Below, piece by piece: positions 8,271 through 15,692 of a stretch of DNA of 24,000 nt (its first letter is position 1; each line of letters begins with the position of its first letter). Where the stretch lies: sequence record MN101223.1. One strand, given 5' to 3'. The notes below the pieces were generated by a model. That model did no database searches and was not told where the DNA came from. It saw only the letters and a program-made list of their open reading frames with translations. A program made the position numbers and the translations under genes. Source of the stretch: Klebsiella phage KMI9.

Positions 8271-9557
8271 TTATTTCAACTTCTTAGAAAGTTCTTTTAA
8301 ATCATTGAGATACTCAATTTTAGGGGTTGTTTCTTCCCAGTATTTCAATTGTTTGCGCAATTCTTCGGCTTCGTCTTCCAGCTTTTTTCTTTCGTCCGTG
8401 GTTAGATGGTAGATGTTCATAGCCACTAACATTTCGGCATGATTCTCGCAACCTATCCACGTAGACACAAATTTAACCGCTTCGCTGCGACTAAGGCCAC
8501 GCAGAGAATCAGGAGATTCTACCATTTGAGCAATAAACGCAACCTTTGCCAGTGCTTTATCTAACGCTTCCTTAGTTTCCTGGATACGCTTATTGATACG
8601 CTGTTGATATACATTCATACGAATATCAACGAAATCCTTTAGAAGCGTTTCAGGGCGTTCGTATGAGTATAGTTTGCCCTCAAAGATAACGTTAATGTTT
8701 GGGTTTGAGTTTTCAATCAAGCCGAAATCTTTCAGGATCTTTTCACGGGTTAGCCCATTAGCATACTCTCGCTTGAGCGTTACTTCATACCGAAAATCTT
8801 CTTTCGATAGATCCTTGTAGCTAACGATAACGCCTTTTTCTTCCAGCTTGTCAAGGATTGCAATGTATTTCACACGGTCATATTTCACTGGGATCTCAGT
8901 GATCACCAATTTGGTTTTACCTTGCAGTTCATAGGTGCCGTAAATCGTACCGTCTGTGATTTCACCTTTAAAGTAAGGATATTTCAGATCCAGTGTGAAA
9001 TCTTTATCATTCAGATATGCAATGCACCCGTTAACAACCGATTTAGGATCATGAGGCGGAATGTTTGTTGCATATGCTTTTGCAATCCCGCTAAACCCGT
9101 TAACCAGTACCATCGGAATGATCGGGAGATAGTACGCTGGCGGTACATGTTCCGGATCTTCATGAACTGGCGTTAAATCACCATCCATATAAATTGCTTT
9201 GAATATTGGCGATAGTTTACACTTGATGTAACGAGGTGCGCCAGGTTTCTTAACCAAACGGGAACCAAAGAACCCATCACGGTCGAATAACGGAATGTTA
9301 TTGCACCAGTGCGCCGCCATAAGGGATAACGCTTCTTCTACAGAGGTTTCCCCGTGGTGATATCCATACATAGCAACACCGCCAGCGATAGAAGCTACTT
9401 TCTGAAATCCCGTTCCGCCCTGCATAGCAGAGTGAATAAAGAAACGGTGAACGGGTTTAAACCCGTCTACCAGGTGCGGGATCGCACGTGAATAAATCGT
9501 GTAAAGGGCAAACGTTAGCCCTTCCACCTGTACAACATCTTTAATACTTCTTTCCAT
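8271..9557 (-). CDS. 52: DNA topoisomerase II medium subunit (T4 gp52-like)
   Basis: DGFKPVHRF, KVASIAGGVAMYGYHHGE, RYIKCKLS, PAYYLPIIPMVLVNGFSGIAKAYAT, MNIYHLTTDE match gp52. Confidence 0.96.
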   Translation of the reverse strand: MERSIKDVVQVEGLTFALYTIYSRAIPHLVDGFKPVHRFFIHSAMQGGTGFQKVASIAGGVAMYGYHHGETSVEEALSLMAAHWCNNIPLFDRDGFFGSRLVKKPGAPRYIKCKLSPIFKAIYMDGDLTPVHEDPEHVPPAYYLPIIPMVLVNGFSGIAKAYATNIPPHDPKSVVNGCIAYLNDKDFTLDLKYPYFKGEITDGTIYGTYELQGKTKLVITEIPVKYDRVKYIAILDKLEEKGVIVSYKDLSKEDFRYEVTLKREYANGLTREKILKDFGLIENSNPNINVIFEGKLYSYERPETLLKDFVDIRMNVYQQRINKRIQETKEALDKALAKVAFIAQMVESPDSLRGLSRSEAVKFVSTWIGCENHAEMLVAMNIYHLTTDERKKLEDEAEELRKQLKYWEETTPKIEYLNDLKELSKKLK

Positions 9558-11455
9558 TAGTCAACCTTAGAAAATTTGTGTTTTCCATTAACCCAATCTT
9601 TACGCGGATCAGATTCGTCGCCGAAGCATAGTTCTAACACTTCTTTGTATTCGTCGTCAAGTACAATGACATCATACTTCAACTGATCACCCAGAACACG
9701 GTCGTAATCTTCTTTGCGTAAAGAACCCAGCCCCTTGATATATCGTACATCTTTTGCTTTATCGCGGAACGGTGCAAACTCATCAAGAGAATAGAACCAT
9801 TTTTCCTCGCGCCCAACTTTAGCGATAACGATCGGGGTTCGAATATATCGGATCCGTTTTTCTGCAAACAGAGAAGGCCAACGGCTAAAGAATGCAAGCA
9901 ACAGGGTTAAAATGTCACCACCGTCAACGTCAGCATCGACCATGATACCGATATTATCATAAGTCATTCCGGAAGTATCACCAGGATGAATATTGAGGAT
10001 AGCCATTAGCTCAAACAGTTCTTTGTTTTTGATAATGTCTGTAAAACTCATACCCCATGTATTCAGAGGCTTACCACGTAGCGGGAAAGCGCCTTGTGTT
10101 TCTTCGTTACGGCATTCGATGAACTGACCAACAGCGGAATCACCTTCTGTCAGAAACAATGTTGTTTCTATCCCTGGAGTATCGATACCGGAAGCCGGAA
10201 CGTGTTTAGCAATCTTTGCCTTTTTCGCTTTCTTTTTCGCTTTGGTGATTGCGGCGGCTTCTGCTGCTTGTTTACGAATCAGTGCGGATTCAATGATCGG
10301 AGTAATGATTTCTGGGGTATCCATAATCATTTTTGCGATCTTTTTGTAATTCAAATTCGCATGATTGTTAAACTCACCTGCTGTATTTGCCAATCGCTCT
10401 TTTGTTTGGCTATCGAATGCAGGTGCATTAAAGTTATGCAGGAATACCACAAGAGTTAAGCATTCTTTTACACGTGCTTTCGGGATCTCGATACTATGCT
10501 TTTTCTTGATCATCGGTTCAAGTTCAGAATAGATACCATCGATCATACACTCAACATGAACACCGCCATTTTTCGTATCCAGACCGTTAACAAAGGATTT
10601 CTGTTTAAACCCGTCCTCAGTGCTCGCCAGAATGAAGCTGAGGCGATTATTTGTCTGGACAATGGTTTTATCCCCATACATGGAAGCGTACAGCGGGAAG
10701 CGATTAGAGAGCGTTTCGCCGTTATATGTGAATTTCACGGACGGGAAAGCAACGGCAAGGGCCATTAAGCGATCCTTAATCACTTCTTTGGTTTCTTCAT
10801 CGATACCAGTTACACCAAACATAGAGAAGTCTGGAGTAAACTTAACAGTAGTACCCTGTTCTTTACTGGGGCTGGTTCGGTAATCGATGTTCTGTGCGCC
10901 GTCCGTACAGTTAATGGTTACTTTGCGTTTCCCGTTTGCAGTCTCGCCAATAAAAATCGAGCTATAACAGTTTGTCAGGAAAGAACCAACACCATTCATA
11001 CCCATCGTTACGCGGTTTTTATCATCGAAGTTAGAACCCGATTTTGCCATAGTCCATGCCGCAACTGGTTTAGGAACTATTTTCCCATCTGGGGTTTTTA
11101 CATCATCCTGGGGAATACCGCGCCCGTTATCAGAGATTTTAACCAGATTATGATCAATGGTTACATCAATCTTATTAGCATGTTTGAATTCAGTTCGGAT
11201 CGCTTCATCAATCGAGTTATCAAGGATTTCGTTGATGATTTTAACCAACCCTTCCACGTACTCAACCTTGCGATATTGGCCCATTATGAAACGTTCATGC
11301 GCTTCTTTGTTAACCGATCCGACGTACATATTTGGACGCAACCGAATATGATCGCGATCGCTCATACAAAATGATTCGTCAACCTTTGCGCCTTTTTTGG
11401 CTGGTTGTGGTTTCTGTTCTGGTTCATCATCTGCCAGAAGAAAATCTAAACTCAT
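9557..11455 (-). CDS. 39: DNA topoisomerase II large subunit (T4 gp39+gp60 equivalent, unsplit)
   Basis: GHKL ATPase (INEILDNSIDEA, ISDNGRGIP, GMNGVGSF), TOPRIM (LTEGDSAVGQF, VDADVDGG). ATG at 11455 with AGAGG Shine-Dalgarno; the 11461 start is GTG. Confidence 0.95.
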   Translation of the reverse strand: MSLDFLLADDEPEQKPQPAKKGAKVDESFCMSDRDHIRLRPNMYVGSVNKEAHERFIMGQYRKVEYVEGLVKIINEILDNSIDEAIRTEFKHANKIDVTIDHNLVKISDNGRGIPQDDVKTPDGKIVPKPVAAWTMAKSGSNFDDKNRVTMGMNGVGSFLTNCYSSIFIGETANGKRKVTINCTDGAQNIDYRTSPSKEQGTTVKFTPDFSMFGVTGIDEETKEVIKDRLMALAVAFPSVKFTYNGETLSNRFPLYASMYGDKTIVQTNNRLSFILASTEDGFKQKSFVNGLDTKNGGVHVECMIDGIYSELEPMIKKKHSIEIPKARVKECLTLVVFLHNFNAPAFDSQTKERLANTAGEFNNHANLNYKKIAKMIMDTPEIITPIIESALIRKQAAEAAAITKAKKKAKKAKIAKHVPASGIDTPGIETTLFLTEGDSAVGQFIECRNEETQGAFPLRGKPLNTWGMSFTDIIKNKELFELMAILNIHPGDTSGMTYDNIGIMVDADVDGGDILTLLLAFFSRWPSLFAEKRIRYIRTPIVIAKVGREEKWFYSLDEFAPFRDKAKDVRYIKGLGSLRKEDYDRVLGDQLKYDVIVLDDEYKEVLELCFGDESDPRKDWVNGKHKFSKVD

Positions 11456-11481
11456 ATTCACCTCTTTGTTTAATCACTGAC

Positions 11482-11524
11482 ATTATATAGGGTTCTATGA
11501 AAAAGAAAACCCCTTTCGGGGTTT
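11482..11524 (-). promoter_or_regulatory. Terminator hairpin plus immediately downstream promoter
   Basis: - strand AAACCCC-GAAA-GGGGTTTTCTTTTT then TATAAT (11482-11487), upstream of the topoisomerase start. The -35 box is poor. Confidence 0.65.
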
Positions 11525-11687
11525 ACTTGTTATAAGGGAAACCATCACGAACCATTTGAGGTTTATCAACCGTTCGTTTTGCTTCGCCTCCGCAATCACA
11601 ATCTTTCGGTGCATCACGGGTAGCAATGCTTGCCATTTTTGGAAATTCTTTATTACACTTGGTGCATTTATAGGTATAGGTAGGCAT
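11523..11687 (-). CDS. 54-aa zinc-ribbon protein (FmdB-like CxxC...CxC), absent from track
   Basis: Manual translation MPTYTYKCTKCNKEFPKMASIATRDAPKDCDCGGEAKRTVDKPQMVRDGFPYNK*; the ATG overlaps the upstream stop. Confidence 0.8.
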   Translation of the reverse strand: MPTYTYKCTKCNKEFPKMASIATRDAPKDCDCGGEAKRTVDKPQMVRDGFPYNK

Positions 11688-12127
11688 TAATAAATCTCTT
11701 TTAAACTTAACATCTTAACTAAACGGGCTTTGTCTATGTCAAAAACACATTGACGTGCGCCCGGATACAACTTTTCAACTTCGTATACCATGCAGACGAA
11801 ACCAACATTGTGCATGTACTCGCGTTCATATGCATTGAACCAACGAGAAAGGCGCTGTATTGACTGAAAACCAAAGTATAACCCAGCCGCTTGAAAGTCT
11901 ATGTTATCTTTTTCAAGGTTGCGCATCAATCGATTATCGTCATCCGGCGCTGGATGTCGGTGATCATCCATATCAATATAGATATCAGGATTCATACAGA
12001 ATTGATCAAGCCATTCAGCGGTATCCATTGACACATAACGATTGACATATGGGCCGCTTTTTGTTTGCCATTTTTCTGTACAATCATTCCAGAAAGAACA
12101 AGAAAATTCCACACGATATACGAACAT
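11687..12127 (-). CDS. Hypothetical protein, 146 aa
   Basis: ORF in operon orientation with overlapping stop/start downstream. Confidence 0.7.
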   Translation of the reverse strand: MFVYRVEFSCSFWNDCTEKWQTKSGPYVNRYVSMDTAEWLDQFCMNPDIYIDMDDHRHPAPDDDNRLMRNLEKDNIDFQAAGLYFGFQSIQRLSRWFNAYEREYMHNVGFVCMVYEVEKLYPGARQCVFDIDKARLVKMLSLKEIY

Positions 12128-12149
12128 GATATAATCCTCACAAGTAAAC

Positions 12150-12734
12150 TCAAGGTTTACAAGTACGATACCACTTATCTAATTTTTCTGCAAGAGTATC
12201 GTTGATAATTTTTGCAATTTCGTACCGTCCGTGAGTAGTACCCAGTTCCAGGTAAATCACATCAAGTGCGCACACAATCGCATCAATACTTTCTTCAACG
12301 ATATTACCGCCGCGTTGAGGTTGAATGAGGCATTCGCTGATCTCACCAACTTCCGCTGATAGGTGATGAACCACATCACTTTTCGTGCGTTTCTTCACTT
12401 TATGTGCAATTTCGAAAAACTTATCAAGTACGATCGTCGTTTCTTCTCGCGTTGCGGTATTCTCGGATGTTGAAGCCGTGTGTTGAACAACATATTTCGT
12501 AAAATAGCCTTCAAACACGTTGAAAGGGATCACATGAGGAACACCATTCAAAAACACCCCTTCTTTACAAACATAATGGATTTGGCGCGGAATAGAAAAC
12601 CCGCCGCTGCGTTCCAAATGTCGTTTAACGCTTGCTACAAAATCGAACTCTTTCCCGTATCCAGCCAACATACTGTGATACGTGAGTAGGCCAAATGCAG
12701 GAACATAGAGATCATTTTCTTTATACAGATTCAT
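12150..12734 (-). CDS. MazG-like nucleotide pyrophosphohydrolase with N-terminal extension
   Basis: C-terminal HHLSAEVGEISECL...EESIDAIVCALDVIYLELG has MazG-type helical metal-binding residues. Confidence 0.7.
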   Translation of the reverse strand: MNLYKENDLYVPAFGLLTYHSMLAGYGKEFDFVASVKRHLERSGGFSIPRQIHYVCKEGVFLNGVPHVIPFNVFEGYFTKYVVQHTASTSENTATREETTIVLDKFFEIAHKVKKRTKSDVVHHLSAEVGEISECLIQPQRGGNIVEESIDAIVCALDVIYLELGTTHGRYEIAKIINDTLAEKLDKWYRTCKP

Positions 12735-13032
12735 TTACAATACCTTTATGGTAGCCAAAAATATAACAATCAATTGAAGGACGTTCACCAGGGAAGTGAA
12801 TGCATTGCATGATGCGTTCAGCCATTAGATCTTCTCCCATGTATACAGAAGTAGTTTCTTCGTTGTAATGGGTATCATACGACGTTTTAAGCGTCATGCC
12901 CGGAAGCCCTGCAATGTGCATGAATTTAGAATTGGTGCAAGGTTTTCCTACTTCACCGTTGATCATTAACACTGCATTAGTTTTACGTGCTTTTCTCATT
13001 TGAATTTCACCCCGATTTGCGATACGTTCCAT
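12721..13032 (-). CDS. Hypothetical protein; true start probably internal MRKARK
   Basis: ORF in operon orientation; GGTGAAATT precedes MRKARK. Confidence 0.6.
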   Translation of the reverse strand: MERIANRGEIQMRKARKTNAVLMINGEVGKPCTNSKFMHIAGLPGMTLKTSYDTHYNEETTSVYMGEDLMAERIMQCIHFPGERPSIDCYIFGYHKGIVNESV

Positions 13033-13592
13033 TCTTTTACGTCATCAACAATATCATAATGGTTGATGTATGGTAAAGCAATTTTTAAATTACTCGCGTC
13101 TTGAATGTTGCGTAAGAAACGAGTAGGAGAAAGAAGACACAACCGCTCGGATCCGTTGTTTCCTTTAGCGGCAAATGATAGGGTTTCTCCCCCGTCAATC
13201 TTCATATCAACAGAAATCGTTTTGAATTCTGGTGCGTATGACGTGATTTTGCCGTTGTCTCTCGGTGTACTATAGAAACATACACTTTGTGGGACATTAT
13301 AACGGTCTGTTTCAATGTACATGTAATCGCCGTCAGCCATTCCCCACACGGTGTAGAGGGATCCGGTATAGTCACCAAAGGAATTTTTAAAATCTTCCTT
13401 CGTGGTGTATCCCAGAGAGCGCAATTGCATAAGCTGGTTATGCTGTTCGATTGCATCGGCTTTTTGTTGTTCCTGTACTTGCGCATCAATCGTTTCTTGC
13501 CAGGAATTATACGCATAGTAACCCACAACAGCGATTACAGCCATAACCCCTACAGCTTTCCAGATTTTAGAGTCTTCGTTTTTGTTACTCAT
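12996..13592 (-). CDS. Hypothetical membrane-anchored protein, 198 aa
   Basis: N-terminal TM IWKAVGVMAVIAVVGYYAY followed by a predicted soluble domain. Confidence 0.7.
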   Translation of the reverse strand: MSNKNEDSKIWKAVGVMAVIAVVGYYAYNSWQETIDAQVQEQQKADAIEQHNQLMQLRSLGYTTKEDFKNSFGDYTGSLYTVWGMADGDYMYIETDRYNVPQSVCFYSTPRDNGKITSYAPEFKTISVDMKIDGGETLSFAAKGNNGSERLCLLSPTRFLRNIQDASNLKIALPYINHYDIVDDVKEWNVSQIGVKFK

Positions 13593-13611
13593 GCTATATT
13601 CCTTTTAAGAA

Positions 13612-13630
13612 AAAGGGCCGAAGCCCCTTT
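13612..13630 (-). terminator. Intrinsic terminator, UUCG loop
   Basis: - strand AAAGGGGC-TTCG-GCCCTTTTT between two ORFs. Confidence 0.75.
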
Positions 13631-13631
13631 G

Positions 13632-13961
13632 TTAACGAAGATAAACCACATAACCGCTTTGGTCAATCGCGCGGTCTGCGTCATTGAAGATATTACCACG
13701 AATGCCTTTTGCTGGTGCTTTCCAGCTTGCAGGTTTCAGGATATTACCATCATTATCGATGAAAGCGGCAACAGAACGCTGATTGAACATTTCACCAGTT
13801 TCTTTGTTGCGAGTATCCTGAACAACGCGATGATATTTGCGGCCTTTCTCCAGAAAGAAAACAGTTTCGAAAGGAGAATCTTGGAAACGAGCGTTACGCG
13901 CTTTGTACATTGCTTCCATGAAAGGGGCTGCTTTTTCTGCGAGGATTTCGAAAGTGTTCAT
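13632..13961 (-). CDS. Hypothetical protein, 109 aa
   Basis: ORF with Shine-Dalgarno AGGAGAT, a promoter upstream and a terminator downstream. Confidence 0.75.
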   Translation of the reverse strand: MNTFEILAEKAAPFMEAMYKARNARFQDSPFETVFFLEKGRKYHRVVQDTRNKETGEMFNQRSVAAFIDNDGNILKPASWKAPAKGIRGNIFNDADRAIDQSGYVVYLR

Positions 13962-13984
13962 GGTATATCTCCTAAAGTGTGTTT

Positions 13985-14028
13985 CGTTTCGATGTAAGTA
14001 CTATATCAAAGATGGTTATTCTATGCAA
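13985..14028 (-). promoter_or_regulatory. Early-type promoter with conserved start-site motif
   Basis: TTGCAT (14023-14028), 17 bp, TATAGT (14000-14005), 6 nt, ATCGAAACG (13985-13993). Confidence 0.8.
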
Positions 14029-14251
14029 GGCTTTTTTCGTTATTCATCAAATATTTTAAGTGTTCTTTTAATGCAGGGAGTTCGTTCAAATGGCGTTGCT
14101 TAACTTTCTCATACTCTTTGCGTTCCCAGTTTTCAAGATTGCTCGCCAGCGCTTCATCACAATAAGCGATCCCGCGTTCTGCATCCTGAACTTTCTGTTT
14201 CCATTGCGCAACTGCTTGTTGATAAAGAGAACCGTTAACCATTATAATCAT
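14021..14251 (-). CDS. Hypothetical protein, 76 aa
   Basis: ORF with GGGAGGAA Shine-Dalgarno; own promoter. Confidence 0.7.
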   Translation of the reverse strand: MIIMVNGSLYQQAVAQWKQKVQDAERGIAYCDEALASNLENWERKEYEKVKQRHLNELPALKEHLKYLMNNEKSLA

Positions 14252-14260
14252 TTCCTCCCT

Positions 14261-14281
14261 CGTTTCGATGGGGTAACTATA
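14261..14281 (-). promoter_or_regulatory. Promoter -10 and start-site motif
   Basis: TATAGT (14276-14281), 6 nt, ATCGAAACG (14261-14269). The -35 hexamer is weak (AAAACA). Confidence 0.65.
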
Positions 14282-14301
14282 TCAAAGCTACCCCAGAATG
14301 T

Positions 14302-14320
14302 TTTAACAAAAAGTGCTATT
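14302..14320. repeat. 19-bp direct repeat TTTAACAAAAAGTGCTATT, copy 1
   Basis: Identical to 14657-14675. Confidence 0.9.
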
Positions 14321-14582
14321 AGTAAGTATCCAGTTTATACATTTTGCACCAGTTCATGAATTCTTCGAAAGTCTGAGTATTAACACGTTTTTCCTTCTTC
14401 ACTTTCTTAGTGATTACCGGACGGTTAGTAAAACGTTTTTGCATTTTCACAGTGATCGCTACTTTATCGCCCAGGTCTTCAACTTTTTCAACCAGCGCCC
14501 ACTGAGAACCGATTTCAGCACCGAAAGATAAACCAACAATCTCGCCTGCTTTAACATTTGCTGCATATTTTACTTTAACCAT
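14319..14582 (-). CDS. Hypothetical protein (MVKVKYAANVKAGEIVGLSF...)
   Basis: Preferred ATG at 14582 with Shine-Dalgarno AAGGAA. The track start at 14648 lies across the promoter hairpin. Confidence 0.75.
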   Translation of the reverse strand: MVKVKYAANVKAGEIVGLSFGAEIGSQWALVEKVEDLGDKVAITVKMQKRFTNRPVITKKVKKEKRVNTQTFEEFMNWCKMYKLDTY

Positions 14583-14604
14583 TTTCGTATTCCTTTCTCT
14601 GTTT

Positions 14605-14656
14605 CGTTTCGATGAACACACTATACAAAAAAGCCCCCTGCATTGCAAGAGGCTTC
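14605..14656 (-). promoter_or_regulatory. Composite terminator-promoter element (copy C) with start-site motif
   Basis: Hairpin GAAGCCTCTTGC-AAT-GCAGGGGGCTTTT. -35 TTGCAA (14643-14648), 17 bp, TATAGT (14620-14625), 6 nt, ATCGAAACG (14605-14613). Confidence 0.8.
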
Positions 14657-14675
14657 TTTAACAAAAAGTGCTATT
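14657..14675. repeat. 19-bp direct repeat TTTAACAAAAAGTGCTATT, copy 2
   Basis: Identical to 14302-14320. Confidence 0.9.
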
Positions 14676-14973
14676 TTATTTCTTTGAGTAATTTACGGAT
14701 CCCGCCGCCTTGTGTCTTATCAAAGATTTTCTTTGCGTCAATAACAGAAGTGATTATGTGGTAGTTGTTCCCTTTTCCGTCAAACTCAAATTCGACCTTG
14801 TAGTCACTACGAAATTTCACAAAAACAAATTCACCTGCAAAGTGCTTACGGAACTGCTTTTCGTTAATGTCCAACCATTCCTGTGTATCATCTAACTGAT
14901 ACATGCGACAAAACAGGATCGAACCCATTACAACAATCATAACAAGGATAGCTAACGCGAATTCTGACATCAT
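14671..14973 (-). CDS. Hypothetical membrane-anchored protein, ~100 aa
   Basis: N-terminal TM ALAILVMIVVMGSILF; 4-nt overlap with the upstream ORF. Confidence 0.7.
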   Translation of the reverse strand: MMSEFALAILVMIVVMGSILFCRMYQLDDTQEWLDINEKQFRKHFAGEFVFVKFRSDYKVEFEFDGKGNNYHIITSVIDAKKIFDKTQGGGIRKLLKEIK

Positions 14974-15194
14974 TTACCCCTGTTTACTGATTGACGGTGT
15001 AACGATTTAGGCACAACCGGATTTCGGTACGGTTTTACTTTGTGGATCATGGGTTCTTCCTCAACCAAATTAGGAAATTGGTTGTTCCATTCCATCGAAA
15101 ACGGATAAGGTTGTGACTTGAATTCTTCGATCACACAGTTTACTAAACGATCACCAATTACACCCAAAGCCGCCCCAATAATCGCTATACGCAT
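14970..15194 (-). CDS. Hypothetical protein, 74 aa
   Basis: ORF in operon orientation, AAGGGG Shine-Dalgarno. Confidence 0.65.
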   Translation of the reverse strand: MRIAIIGAALGVIGDRLVNCVIEEFKSQPYPFSMEWNNQFPNLVEEEPMIHKVKPYRNPVVPKSLHRQSVNRGK

Positions 15195-15197
15195 AAA

Positions 15198-15347
15198 TCA
15201 CCCCTTAATTGTGTCAAGTACAGTAAACCAGTCATGAAGCCATATCGTTGTTCTTACCGCGATATACGTTAACAAACTAATCAATGATACCGCTCCGCAA
15301 ATAGCCAGCGTAATCAACAGCCGGATTTCAAATTTAGTAAAATTCAT
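15198..15347 (-). CDS. Small membrane protein (MNFTKFEIRLLITLAICGAVS...)
   Basis: Preferred ATG at 15347 with AAAGGAG Shine-Dalgarno; hydrophobic core. Confidence 0.65.
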   Translation of the reverse strand: MNFTKFEIRLLITLAICGAVSLISLLTYIAVRTTIWLHDWFTVLDTIKG

Positions 15348-15370
15348 ATCAATCTCCTTTCTTAGAACCC

Positions 15371-15407
15371 AATATAACAAAAGCCCTCAACCGAAGTCAA
15401 GGGCTTT
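15371..15407 (-). promoter_or_regulatory. Composite terminator-promoter element (copy D)
   Basis: Hairpin AAAGCCCTTGAC-TTCG-GTTGAGGGCTTT. -35 TTGACT (15395-15400), 18 bp, TATATT (15371-15376). Confidence 0.75.
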
Positions 15408-15410
15408 GTT

Positions 15411-15692
15411 TTAAATTTTTACCAGTTTTGGTAATCGAAGAACTATACCAGGATGGATCAGACGTGCATCCGGAATAGCATCACGGTTGATTTTGGCGAT
15501 ATCAGGCCAATGTTCACCAACACCATACAGTTTCTTTGCTATAGAATACAGGCTATCGCCTGGTTGCACGACATAGCGATCAGATTCAATCTTAACCAGA
15601 TCCTGGTTAATGATATCTTCAAAGGCTTTTGCTTTTGCTTCGTTAATCGTGTTCCCGTAGTAATGGCGATCCATAATAGTTAATGTGATCAT
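15411..15692 (-). CDS. LysM domain protein, no signal peptide
   Basis: YVVQPGDSLYSIAKKLYGVGEHWPDIAKINRDAIPDARLIHPGIVLRLP is a canonical LysM. Confidence 0.9.
   Translation of the reverse strand: MITLTIMDRHYYGNTINEAKAKAFEDIINQDLVKIESDRYVVQPGDSLYSIAKKLYGVGEHWPDIAKINRDAIPDARLIHPGIVLRLPKLVKI

Noticed and set aside
10094-10459. + strand ORFs inside the topoisomerase large subunit
   Set aside because: Antisense shadows of conserved topoisomerase coding sequence.
13287-13997. 236-aa + strand ORF, largest antisense frame in the region
   Set aside because: It lies opposite several - strand ORFs with good Shine-Dalgarno sites, crosses their intergenic promoter/terminator sites, and its composition looks like a reverse-complement shadow.
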